From an uncultured bacterium (GTDB lineage: Bacteria; Cyanobacteriota; Vampirovibrionia; Gastranaerophilales; Gastranaerophilaceae), in assembly GCA_902489575.1 (NCBI GenBank), contig CABUAQ010000001.1:146-64145 (forward strand): a stretch of DNA of 64,000 nucleotides. The letters are read 5' to 3'. Under the pieces are notes generated by a model, which saw only the letters and a list, made by a program, of their open reading frames with translations, was not told the origin of the DNA and made no database searches. This document shows, one piece after another, positions 28,336 to 37,407 of the stretch. The first letter of the stretch is position 1, and the number at the start of each line of letters is the position of its first letter. A program made the position numbers and the translations under genes.

Positions 28336-29211
28336 ATGAAGAATATTGTAATTTACACGGATAAAAAGTCTTCTGCGCTTGCTGATGTTATATCTAACAT
28401 TGATGATATAAATGTAAGACTTGAAGATGCTGCAAATATAAAAGATTATGAAACATTAAATCCGGGAGTAATAATTGTAGAAAGTGTTCCTGATATTAAA
28501 GATGTCTTAATGGTAACAAAATTTAAATTTCCAATTTTGTTCATAGGAGAAATTTTCAAGGGCTGCACAGTACGTGCTGTAGCGTTTGACTACATTAAAA
28601 CACCCGTTGACAATCAAGAACTTGTTGTGAGAGTAAAAAACATGCTAAAAATCAAAGAATTAAGAGATAAATTAAAAACTCTTGCTACAACTGATGAATT
28701 AACAGGTTTACACAACAGAAAATATTTACTTGAACGTATGGAGCAAGAAATTTCCCGTTCAAAACGTTACGGGAATGCTCTATCAGTATTATTATTTGAC
28801 TTAGACTTTTTCAAAGTTGTAAATGATATTTACGGATATGAGTGGGGCGATGTCTTACTACGCTCAATTGCAGATAAACTTAAACAGCTTATCAGAAAAG
28901 AAGATATCTTAACTCGCTACGGAGATGAAGAATTTATCGTAGTTCTTCCTAATACATCTGAAGATAACGCATTTTTATTTGCAGAACGATTCAGAAAAGA
29001 TATCGAAAAAATGGAATTTATTCCGGCAGGAGAAGAAGAACGTCATCCTATTACTATTTCAGGGGGGATATCAACATTCCCTTGCATTCCTGATACCGAA
29101 GAAGACGCAAATACAATAATCCGTTATGCAGAACACGCATTATATAACGCTAAAAAACGCGGAAAAAATAAAATTGTACAATTCTCTCAGCTAAACCTTG
29201 GAGAAGGCTAA
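28336..29211 (+). CDS. Pseudo-receiver + GGDEF-domain protein with degenerate active site (GDEEF)
   Basis: GGDEF-domain hallmarks 'DELTGLHNRKY', 'LLFDLDFFKVVND' and 'IRKEDILTRYGDEEF' (RxxD I-site retained; GGEEF changed to GDEEF). The N-terminal REC-like fold has Glu where the Asp acceptor is expected (VIIVES). Confidence 0.8.
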   Translation: MKNIVIYTDKKSSALADVISNIDDINVRLEDAANIKDYETLNPGVIIVESVPDIKDVLMVTKFKFPILFIGEIFKGCTVRAVAFDYIKTPVDNQELVVRVKNMLKIKELRDKLKTLATTDELTGLHNRKYLLERMEQEISRSKRYGNALSVLLFDLDFFKVVNDIYGYEWGDVLLRSIADKLKQLIRKEDILTRYGDEEFIVVLPNTSEDNAFLFAERFRKDIEKMEFIPAGEEERHPITISGGISTFPCIPDTEEDANTIIRYAEHALYNAKKRGKNKIVQFSQLNLGEG

Positions 29212-29284
29212 GAGAACAAGCCCGTTAATTCGAGGCTTAACAAAAATCCTTTCTGAACACTTACATAGTGTAAATCTGGTTAAT

Positions 29285-29320
29285 AGGCGGTAATTCATCA
29301 CTCTACCGCCTTTATTTTTT
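29285..29320 (+). terminator. Rho-independent terminator after the GGDEF gene
   Basis: AGGCGGTA (29285-29292) / TACCGCCT (29304-29311), followed by TTATTTTTT. Confidence 0.7.
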
Positions 29321-29403
29321 GCAAAAATATTCTATATTTAGCACTTTAATTCTAAGTAAGTTTGAGATGTTGAAATTTATAAATTTATCATTAGATAAAC
29401 AGT

Positions 29404-30471
29404 ATGGCGTTTAATAATCTTGAAAATTACTATGAAATTTTAGGAGTAAGTGTAAATTCCACAACAGCAGAAATTAAATCTGCTTATCGTAAACTTGCCA
29501 GAAAATATCACCCGGATATAAACAAAGCCGCTGATGCCATGAACAAATTTAAAAATATCACCAAGGCTTATGAAACCCTTTCTAATCAAAAATTAAGAGA
29601 ACAATATAATACATTAAACGGCTTTTTTAGAACAGAAACAACTCAAACAACATCACCCGAAAAAGCTCAAGAAGAATATAGCAAAGATTACAAAGATAAA
29701 AAAACTCAAAACACAACAACACCCAATTCAAATAAACAATCTACAAAACAACGAAACAAACAAAAAACAGGCTTTATAAAAGTTTTAAAAGTAATGTTTG
29801 CAAAATTAAAAAGACAAAAACGAGCAAAAAATAATAAAAAACCTCAAAAAGGGGAAAATATTACAACAGATATCACTATATCTACAGACGAAGTTATAAC
29901 AGGGAGCAAAAGAATAATAAACATCCTCTCAACACAAACTTGTCCAAAATGCTCTGGACACCACTTTATAAATGGCGGCAAATGTATGGAATGCAACGGC
30001 ACAGGCGAAGTTTCAAGACGAAAAAAAATAACAGTGACAATTCCAAAAGGAATTAAAGACGGGGCAAAACTACGCCTAAAAGGAGAAGGAGCCTCCGGTA
30101 AAAACGGAGGAGCTAACGGCGATTTATATATAAATGTCAAAGTAGAAACCAAAACCCAAATCCATTTCGATAAACTAAATATTTATTACAATGTTCCAAT
30201 TACTCCGTTTGAAGCCGCACTTGGAGAAGAAATAAAAGTTCCTACTTTTGACGGCACAATAAAACTTAAACTACCTAAAAACACCTGCTCCGGACAAAAA
30301 TTCAGAATCTCCAAACAAGGAATAAAGAAAAACGGAAAAATCGGTGATTTAATTATAACTGTAAGTATTGAATTTTCTCATAATTTGTCGGAAGATGAAA
30401 TTAAGCTGTATGAAAAGCTTAAAAATTTGTCAAAAGATAATGTGAGAAAGAATTTAATGAATGAAAACTAA
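29404..30471 (+). CDS. DnaJ-like J-domain protein (atypical)
   Basis: J-domain 'YYEILGV...AYRKLARKYHPDINK'. Only two CxxCxG motifs (CPKCSGHH, CMECNGTG). A Lys/Thr/Gln-rich linker replaces the G/F region. C-terminal DnaJ_C-like 'GDLYINVKVE'. Confidence 0.8.
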   Translation: MAFNNLENYYEILGVSVNSTTAEIKSAYRKLARKYHPDINKAADAMNKFKNITKAYETLSNQKLREQYNTLNGFFRTETTQTTSPEKAQEEYSKDYKDKKTQNTTTPNSNKQSTKQRNKQKTGFIKVLKVMFAKLKRQKRAKNNKKPQKGENITTDITISTDEVITGSKRIINILSTQTCPKCSGHHFINGGKCMECNGTGEVSRRKKITVTIPKGIKDGAKLRLKGEGASGKNGGANGDLYINVKVETKTQIHFDKLNIYYNVPITPFEAALGEEIKVPTFDGTIKLKLPKNTCSGQKFRISKQGIKKNGKIGDLIITVSIEFSHNLSEDEIKLYEKLKNLSKDNVRKNLMNEN

Positions 30472-31120
30472 AGTAAATGAAATATTCTCATCTATTCAAG
30501 GAGAAGGTCCTGTTGTTGGGTATAAACAATTATTTATAAGGTTTTGCAGATGTAACCTCAACTGTTCATACTGCGATACAGAATTCAAAACAGGAATTGA
30601 ATATACTCCGCAGGAACTTACAAAAAAAATAATATCAGAGTATGACCTGAAATCTTTTCATTCAATTTCGCTGACAGGCGGAGAACCTCTTTTAGAAATC
30701 GATTTTTTGAAAGAATTTCTACCATTAGTCCACGATAAAATAAAAATCTATCTTGAAACAAATGCAACCCTTACTGACAATTTAACAAAAATTGCATCTA
30801 TGATTGATATTGTTTCAGCAGATATTAAACTTGAAAAAAATATTTATGAAACGCATAGAGAATTTTTTAAACAATGCAAAGGAATTGAAACATTTGCAAA
30901 AATAGTTTTTGATGAAAATATTACAACAGAACAAATTGAAAAATGCTGTCAAATCGGTAAGGATTATGACATTGAACTTATTCTCCAGCCTAAAATGATT
31001 AAAAATAATAAAATGTCTGTAAGCTCAGATTTTTGCAACAAAATTTTGGACAAATTTACTTCAATCTATCCCAAAACAAGACTTATTCCTCAAGTGCATA
31101 AATTCATTAACGTAAGGTAA
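30461..31120 (+). CDS. queE: 7-carboxy-7-deazaguanine synthase (radical SAM)
   Basis: 'EIFSSIQGEGPVVGYKQLFIRFCRCNLNCSYCDT' is the QueE-type N-terminus with the CxxxCxxC cluster. 219 aa. Confidence 0.85.
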   Translation: MKTKVNEIFSSIQGEGPVVGYKQLFIRFCRCNLNCSYCDTEFKTGIEYTPQELTKKIISEYDLKSFHSISLTGGEPLLEIDFLKEFLPLVHDKIKIYLETNATLTDNLTKIASMIDIVSADIKLEKNIYETHREFFKQCKGIETFAKIVFDENITTEQIEKCCQIGKDYDIELILQPKMIKNNKMSVSSDFCNKILDKFTSIYPKTRLIPQVHKFINVR

Positions 31121-31161
31121 AAGACAAGAATTTAAACACCTATTGCGCATTCATTATATTA

Positions 31162-31653
31162 TCAAGGCTCTTGGTTCATTAACATTCTACCTTTTTCAAA
31201 ATCCGCCTTTGCACCGGAAACATCTGAAGTATTAAATTTTAACAGGCCTCGCAGCCATATACAATCGCCATTATTTGGATTAATACGCAAACAGGCCGAT
31301 ATATCCTGCTTCGCACCCTGCACATTATTTAAATCCTCTTTTATTGCCGCACGCCAATAATATGCATCATCAGATTTTGGATTTAACTTAATTGCTTTAT
31401 TTAAATCTTCAATAGCCGATTGCTTTTGATTCAGGTCATCTTTGGCAATTGCACGGCTGACATATAATTCAGCATCGTCAGGATACTTTCTAAGTGCAGA
31501 ATTAATAACATTAATTGCTTCCTGAGGTTTTTCTTCATAGATTAAATCTGTCACCTTAAAACGAATATCTCTAAGTTCATCAGCGTAAACACAAACATTT
31601 GAAATAGCAGTAAATACAACAGTTACACACAATGCTATTAAAAATTTATTCAT
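31162..31653 (-). CDS. Secreted TPR-repeat protein
   Basis: Signal peptide MNKFLIALCVTVVFTAISNVCVYA. TPR units (AELYVSRAIAKDDLNQKQSAIEDLNKAIKLNP...). Confidence 0.75.
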   Translation of the reverse strand: MNKFLIALCVTVVFTAISNVCVYADELRDIRFKVTDLIYEEKPQEAINVINSALRKYPDDAELYVSRAIAKDDLNQKQSAIEDLNKAIKLNPKSDDAYYWRAAIKEDLNNVQGAKQDISACLRINPNNGDCIWLRGLLKFNTSDVSGAKADFEKGRMLMNQEP

Positions 31654-32180
31654 TCTTTATGTTCTCCCTCTTTTATATTATTCTGCTCTTGTTCATCATA
31701 AAGTTCATTTGCAATATTTAAGTCATCATTTGCCCCTTTTAAATCACCCATTTTCAATTTAACGCAAGCCCTCATTGAATATGCAGAACTATCTTTAGGG
31801 TTAATTTTCAAAGCGTGATTATAATCCTCAAGAGCACCTTTATCATCTTCTATATCAGATTTTGTCATCCCGCGCATTACATAAATACTGCTTTCTTTGG
31901 GATTTAACCTGATTGCAGTATCAAAATCATCAATCGCAGATTTCGATTCACCCTGATGAGATTTTATTGCCCCGCTCCAATAGTATAATTCTGCCTCGTT
32001 AGGGTATTTTTTTAATGCTGTATTACATTTTGCCAAAGCTTCATCATATTTTTCAGAGTTTGCCAGTGTGCCAATCTCTGAAATAATTTGAAGGCGTTCC
32101 ATATCAGAAGAATATGCAAAATTATTTATACCTAAAAACAAGCCTGCAATCAGCCCCGCTGTTATTATAAATTTTCTCAA
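31650..32180 (-). CDS. Secreted TPR-repeat protein (tandem with 31162..31653)
   Basis: Signal peptide MRKFIITAGLIAGLFLGINNFAYS. TPR units (AELYYWSGAIKSHQGESKSAIDDFDTAIRLNP...). 4-nt overlap with the downstream gene. Confidence 0.75.
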   Translation of the reverse strand: MRKFIITAGLIAGLFLGINNFAYSSDMERLQIISEIGTLANSEKYDEALAKCNTALKKYPNEAELYYWSGAIKSHQGESKSAIDDFDTAIRLNPKESSIYVMRGMTKSDIEDDKGALEDYNHALKINPKDSSAYSMRACVKLKMGDLKGANDDLNIANELYDEQEQNNIKEGEHKE

Positions 32181-32281
32181 TTAACAACTCCTATAACATA
32201 TTAACCGAATTAATTATAACATATCTCGCTAAGCTTTACTACTTTGTATAAATATTTATTAATTAAAGATTTTATAGTAAT

Positions 32282-32860
32282 ATGTTAGAAAAACAGATAG
32301 AAAGAAGAATATTACATTACGGAGAACCCTCATTACGGCAAGTATCCAAAGAAGTACATAAAGTATCTAAAAAAGTTTCCGATTTAGTTAGAGATCTATT
32401 AGATACAATGTATGCACAAAATGGAGTCGGACTTGCTGCACCGCAAATAGGAGAAAACGTCAGAGTTTTTGTCATTGACGTGTCAACAGGAAACGAACCG
32501 CTTAATCCGATTGTTTTTATCAACCCGAAAATAATAAAAAAAAGCGGTGCAATCAAAAGTAATGAAGGATGTTTAAGTTTCCCTGAAGCTTATACTGATG
32601 TAAAACGCTACAAAAATATTATGGTAAAAGCTCTGAATGAACATGGAAAACCCTTTGTTATGGAAGCTAAAGACGGAACATTATTAGCTCGTGCTATCCA
32701 ACACGAAAATGATCACTTAGACGGAATTTTATTTATTGATCACTGTATCAACAGATTTGAAACAGAAGCTGTATTAAAAAAATACAACCTGCCGGATCTT
32801 GAGCCGGATTTACTAGTTGAGGAAAAAGAATTAGAGGAAGAACTTGCAAAAAATGATTAA
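32282..32860 (+). CDS. def: Peptide deformylase
   Basis: 'GVGLAAPQIG', 'EGCLSFP', 'HENDHLDG'. Confidence 0.95.
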   Translation: MLEKQIERRILHYGEPSLRQVSKEVHKVSKKVSDLVRDLLDTMYAQNGVGLAAPQIGENVRVFVIDVSTGNEPLNPIVFINPKIIKKSGAIKSNEGCLSFPEAYTDVKRYKNIMVKALNEHGKPFVMEAKDGTLLARAIQHENDHLDGILFIDHCINRFETEAVLKKYNLPDLEPDLLVEEKELEEELAKND

Positions 32861-33767
32861 AATAGTATTTTTTGGAACACCTGATATAGGATTAAAATCA
32901 CTTGAATATTTAAACAATTCAGATAAAATCGAGGTTTGTGCAGTTGTAACCCAACCGGACAAACCGGCAGGCAGGGGGCATAAGCTCCAAATGTCCCCGA
33001 TAAAAAAATACGCGCTGGAACATAATCTTCCTGTTTTCCAACCAAAATCCATAAGAAAAGAACCTGAAATCCAAGAAGAGTTAAAAAAACTTGCTCCGGA
33101 TTTTTTCGTAACTTTTGCATTTGGTCAAATTTTATCGCAAGAAGTTTTAGATATTCCAAAATATGAAACTATCAATTTGCACGCTTCACTATTACCAAAG
33201 TACAGAGGAGCAAATCCTATTCAGCGTGCAATTATAAATGGTGATAAGGAAACAGGTATTTGTACAATGATAACAGAACTAGGATTAGATTGCGGTGATG
33301 TTTGCCAAAAACTTGTCATACCAATTCCAGATACAATGAACTGTGAAGAACTTTGGAATGAAATTGCCCAAAAATCTCCACAAATGATTGAACAAACTTT
33401 AATAGGGTTAGAAAATAAAACATTGACTCCGGTAAAACAATGTGAAAACGGGATTTGTATGGCAAACAAACTTTCCAAAGATGAATGTAAAATTGATTGG
33501 AACAAATCTAATGAAGAAATTCATAACCTGGTAAGAGGAATTTGCCGGTGCCCAAGTGCTTATTTTATGTTCAATGACAAAATCATAAAAGTTATTGAGG
33601 CAAAACCGATTGAAGGTAGCGGAAATATTGGTAAAGTTACCTCACATTCAAAAGAAGGAGTTGATATAGCTTGCGGATGCGGACTTTTAAGGCTTATAAA
33701 AGTAAAACCTGAAGGTAAAAGTGAAATGCTTGCAAAAGATTGGTATAACGGAGTTAAAAAAGGATAA
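32844..33767 (+). CDS. fmt: Methionyl-tRNA formyltransferase
   Basis: 'IVFFGTPD', 'NLHASLLPKYRGANPIQRAI'. Follows def with a 17-nt overlap. Confidence 0.93.
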   Translation: MQKMIKIVFFGTPDIGLKSLEYLNNSDKIEVCAVVTQPDKPAGRGHKLQMSPIKKYALEHNLPVFQPKSIRKEPEIQEELKKLAPDFFVTFAFGQILSQEVLDIPKYETINLHASLLPKYRGANPIQRAIINGDKETGICTMITELGLDCGDVCQKLVIPIPDTMNCEELWNEIAQKSPQMIEQTLIGLENKTLTPVKQCENGICMANKLSKDECKIDWNKSNEEIHNLVRGICRCPSAYFMFNDKIIKVIEAKPIEGSGNIGKVTSHSKEGVDIACGCGLLRLIKVKPEGKSEMLAKDWYNGVKKG

Positions 33768-33784
33768 AGGGGTAATTTCAAACA

Positions 33785-34135
33785 ATGATAAGCAAAGGTA
33801 TTAGGGGTGCTACGACAGTTGAAAGTAATACCCAAGAAATGCTTAAATCTGCAACACTTGAACTGCTTAATGAAATGATTTTGGCTAATAATATAAAAAC
33901 TGATAAAATTTCGCATGTTATTTTTACAACAACGAAGGATTTAAACGCAGCATTTCCTGCAAAATTCGCCAGACAGGATTTTGGTTGGGACGAAGTTGCA
34001 ATGATGTGTTTCCATGAACTTGAGGTTCCTAATTCTTTAAAAATGTGCCTTAGAGTGCTAATTGTACTAAATTGTGAAAATAATTTCAAACCTAAATTTA
34101 TATATTTAAAAGGTGCAGCCAATTTAAGAAAATAA
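33785..34135 (+). CDS. aroH: Chorismate mutase, AroH class
   Basis: 'IRGATTVESNTQEMLKSATLELLNEMI...FTTTKDLNAAFPAKFAR' is colinear with the Bacillus AroH-type monofunctional chorismate mutase. Confidence 0.85.
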   Translation: MISKGIRGATTVESNTQEMLKSATLELLNEMILANNIKTDKISHVIFTTTKDLNAAFPAKFARQDFGWDEVAMMCFHELEVPNSLKMCLRVLIVLNCENNFKPKFIYLKGAANLRK

Positions 34136-34145
34136 AGGAGTTAAT

Positions 34146-34529
34146 ATGAAAAAGTTATTATCGATTTTTGCATCGGTCTCATTAATCGTTTTGCCTGCTG
34201 TTGCTACAAACATCAATATTGATAAGGGTATTTCAATAATTTCGGTAACGCCGCAGGACAACGGGAAATTAGTAACCGTTAAAGCCTACGATGATGATAA
34301 TACTATGAGCGAAAGCTACAAACAAACAGTTTCACATGAATTAAGTTATTACGGAATAAAATGTAATTCAAAAGAAATAATATACTACGGCTACAAATTG
34401 TATAATCCGGAGAATGTCCTGATTAAGGAATTTAACCTCCCGCCAGCATTTAATTCCTGGGTTAAAATAGATGATAATGACCAGAGTTTAAAATTCGGAC
34501 ATATAATATACAACAAAGTTTGTCAATAA
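34146..34529 (+). CDS. Small secreted hypothetical protein
   Basis: Signal peptide MKKLLSIFASVSLIVLPAVA. SD AAAGGAG upstream. 127 aa. No family recognised. Confidence 0.6.
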   Translation: MKKLLSIFASVSLIVLPAVATNINIDKGISIISVTPQDNGKLVTVKAYDDDNTMSESYKQTVSHELSYYGIKCNSKEIIYYGYKLYNPENVLIKEFNLPPAFNSWVKIDDNDQSLKFGHIIYNKVCQ

Positions 34530-34537
34530 GCCTGTGA

Positions 34538-34564
34538 AAAGACCCTTAAACAATAAGGGTCTTT
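34538..34564. terminator. Bidirectional terminator between convergent genes
   Basis: AAAGACCCTTA (34538-34548) / TAAGGGTCTTT (34554-34564) with a 5-nt loop. Confidence 0.7.
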
Positions 34565-34569
34565 CTCGT

Positions 34570-36747
34570 TTATATTTTTACTAATTCAGAAATTGTCGGA
34601 TCTAATAATCTTCTGCCAACGTTTTCAAAAGCAATTGAACAAAGAGTTTTGTTACCGTATTTTATAATTTTTTCAATAACTCCGCGCCCGTATCGTGGAT
34701 GAGATACACTATCACCTTGCTTGAAATCTCCGATACTTTCTTCAAAATTATCTCCCTGCTCCGCAGGATAAACAGGAACAACAGGTGGCTGCTCATTAGT
34801 AAAAGCATTATCTAACTCAGAGTCTGACAGGACTTCAGCATCTAAAAAATCTTCAGGCTGTGCCATTTGATTATCTTCAATAAAATTCAAATCATCTTCA
34901 GTTAATTCTGAAACCTGCTCAAAATTATCAACAGATTCTGAAATATCTGAAAAGTCATTTAAATTACTATTATCGTCCACAGACAGACTATCCAGTTCCA
35001 AATCCGCTTCCAATACAGGTTCTTCTAAAAGGTCATCATTTAAAGAAACATCTTCTAATAGATTATCTACAGGTTCTATTATCGAAGGTTCAGAAAAGGC
35101 AGATTCTGAATCTTCAGGCAGACTAACCGGTTGGGCAACGGCAGATGAATTCACGGTCTGTACAGGCTCACTAACAACAGGAGAAACAACCGGTTCGGGA
35201 TCCGGTTGAACAATTTCTTGTGTTGAATAAACTGCAGCTTCTGATATTACCGGAGATTGCTCTGCAACCACAGCTGAAGATTCTTCCACAACTTCTATCG
35301 CAGGTTGTTCAATTTCCGGAATAGGTGTAATCAATTGCGAAACCTGTGCCGGTTCTGTGGATACAGCCTCATATTGAGTGGAAATATTATCTGTTGTATC
35401 AAGAGCTTCAGGCTCACTTTCTGTCTGTGCTGAAGTCTGAACAGGTACCATATGCCCATCATCTTCAATCTTTACTAATTGGAGATTTTCACTACCTGCA
35501 GGTACAAACTGATATCGATCACCCAACACATCATCTCTTGTTAAATCAAGATCCAAATCTGACATATCTGCAATGAACGGAATTCCCTGGGTCAATTTAC
35601 CATAAACAATACATTCATCAGGATTTAGTTTATTAAGGAATGTATTATATGCAGTAAAATCATGATTTAAGGATTGAGGAGCAAATAAAATCATATTTTG
35701 AGCATGCTGCTTCAATTCAGATGCATATTTATACGAGCTGCTCACAATCATTGTTGTAAATATATGATTATTGTTTATCAATTGTTTTAAAAGCTTTTTG
35801 TCAGAATTTTCATCTGTTAAACAAACAAACAGGTAGACATACTTATCAAAAGATTCCAGTGTTGAGTGAATAAATGTTATAACCTCTTTTTGCAAAGATT
35901 CGTGAATATTTTTTAAATCAATAATTGAACAATTCTTCTCATCCAATTCCTTTTTTAACGCAAAGACTTCATCCTTTGTATTGGCAAAAACATTTGCATC
36001 TTTGTATTTTAAAAGTTTATTTTTTAAAAGTGCAAGTTCGGGCATTTGCATCTCTTTATACTGATTAGCAACAACTTCAACAAAATTATCAATCGGTAAA
36101 AATTCAAAATCTAATGTTTTGATATACTGCTGAACTGCATAAAAAATATCCTGTATAACAGCTTTCGTTGGAGCATCAACTTCAGCTAATTCATATTCAA
36201 AAATATAATCTATCATTTTTGAATTAAGCGGAAGCTTAAAATCTTTTGCAAACTCAATTTTTGGATAATCTTCAAACAAATTAGACGTATCAATAACAAC
36301 ACTTTTTTCTTTCAACTGGAAAAGTTGTCTTATACAGTTTGAAATAAATGTCATTTTATTAATATCTTTTTCTGCAAAAATAGTAAAATTACGTTCGAAA
36401 ACAGAAATATCTAAATTAAGCATTTCGCTTTGCTGTGAGAGTTCACCAATTTTTATAGCAGTTTCAACAGGCAATAAGTTTAAAAGTTCTTCAGAAGGCA
36501 AAAAAGATAATTCAGAATTTATGCTTGGAATTGAACCGTCATAATTATCAACCACCCCGTCAGGAGTAAAAGTAAACAGCAATTTAGCAATAGCAAAATT
36601 ATTCACAGTATCTGATTTCAAATTTACGAATTGAGCAACATATGATTTTCCGTCAGCTGCCAAAATAATAAACCTTCCCAATATCGGGGTTTCACCCTCA
36701 CTATAAGATAATTTTACCAAATTATTCTTAATCTCAAGTAATTTCAT
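34570..36747 (-). CDS. HerA-like protein lacking a P-loop, with an acidic disordered region and a PcrA/UvrD-type Tudor-like C-terminal domain
   Basis: 725 aa. N-terminal barrel-like lead-in (LGRFIILAADGKSYVAQFVNL). No canonical Walker A. About 200 aa of E/D/P/S/V-rich low complexity. C-terminus 'GDSVSHPRYGRGVIEKIIKYGNKTLCSIAFENVGRRLLDPTISELVKI'. Confidence 0.5.
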   Translation of the reverse strand: MKLLEIKNNLVKLSYSEGETPILGRFIILAADGKSYVAQFVNLKSDTVNNFAIAKLLFTFTPDGVVDNYDGSIPSINSELSFLPSEELLNLLPVETAIKIGELSQQSEMLNLDISVFERNFTIFAEKDINKMTFISNCIRQLFQLKEKSVVIDTSNLFEDYPKIEFAKDFKLPLNSKMIDYIFEYELAEVDAPTKAVIQDIFYAVQQYIKTLDFEFLPIDNFVEVVANQYKEMQMPELALLKNKLLKYKDANVFANTKDEVFALKKELDEKNCSIIDLKNIHESLQKEVITFIHSTLESFDKYVYLFVCLTDENSDKKLLKQLINNNHIFTTMIVSSSYKYASELKQHAQNMILFAPQSLNHDFTAYNTFLNKLNPDECIVYGKLTQGIPFIADMSDLDLDLTRDDVLGDRYQFVPAGSENLQLVKIEDDGHMVPVQTSAQTESEPEALDTTDNISTQYEAVSTEPAQVSQLITPIPEIEQPAIEVVEESSAVVAEQSPVISEAAVYSTQEIVQPDPEPVVSPVVSEPVQTVNSSAVAQPVSLPEDSESAFSEPSIIEPVDNLLEDVSLNDDLLEEPVLEADLELDSLSVDDNSNLNDFSDISESVDNFEQVSELTEDDLNFIEDNQMAQPEDFLDAEVLSDSELDNAFTNEQPPVVPVYPAEQGDNFEESIGDFKQGDSVSHPRYGRGVIEKIIKYGNKTLCSIAFENVGRRLLDPTISELVKI

Positions 36748-36816
36748 TTTTGCCCTCTCTGTTTTAGAAAAATTGTACCATGAAAACTAAAGATATACCT
36801 AGATTTATAAAAATAC

Positions 36817-37407
36817 TTAACAATTTACACTACATTCGTAACTGTTATAAATATCAACAGTAAGCGGACAAATAACCAAATCCCTTTCCACAAGACTAAT
36901 TATTGTCTGCTTATATGACTGCAGCATAGCTTTATTAAGTCCGTTTTCTTCTTCCAAAAGTTTACGTATGGGTTCAGCATGCTCTATTTCCCGCGTACGA
37001 TATTCTATTTTATCTGCAAGATAAATAACTTTTTCGAAATCAGACATATTAAGTTTTCCCAATGTATGCCATCTCACAGCAGATAAAATTTCTTCGTCCT
37101 CCACTCCGAATTCATGCCGGGCTATATAAGAGCTTACCGGAGCATGAAGAGTTTTGGGACTCATTTTTTCTACAGGATCGACGCTCATTCCGGTTTCAAT
37201 TATCTCTGTAAGTTTTTCGTTCGAAAAACATTTCGCACAATCATGCAAAAGCCCGGCAATATAGGCTTTTTCTGAATCCAGACTAAACTTTTCCGCCAAG
37301 TCTCTGGCACATTCTGCAGTTCCGATTGAATGTTCAAAACGCTCTTCACTCAAATTTGCCTTCAACCACTTAATCAATTCTTCAATACTAATCTTTATAT
37401 AACTCAT
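36817..37407 (-). CDS. yqeK: HD-domain protein YqeK (bis(5'-nucleosyl)-tetraphosphatase-like)
   Basis: 'RFEHSIGTAECARDLA', 'GLLHDCAK', 'WHTLG'. Overlaps nadD by 20 nt, the classic nadD-yqeK pair. Confidence 0.85.
   Translation of the reverse strand: MSYIKISIEELIKWLKANLSEERFEHSIGTAECARDLAEKFSLDSEKAYIAGLLHDCAKCFSNEKLTEIIETGMSVDPVEKMSPKTLHAPVSSYIARHEFGVEDEEILSAVRWHTLGKLNMSDFEKVIYLADKIEYRTREIEHAEPIRKLLEEENGLNKAMLQSYKQTIISLVERDLVICPLTVDIYNSYECSVNC

Noticed and set aside
33221-34122. Minus-strand ORFs 33221..33505, 33560..33916 and 33778..34122
   Set aside because: Antisense to fmt and aroH, both confidently identified by motifs.
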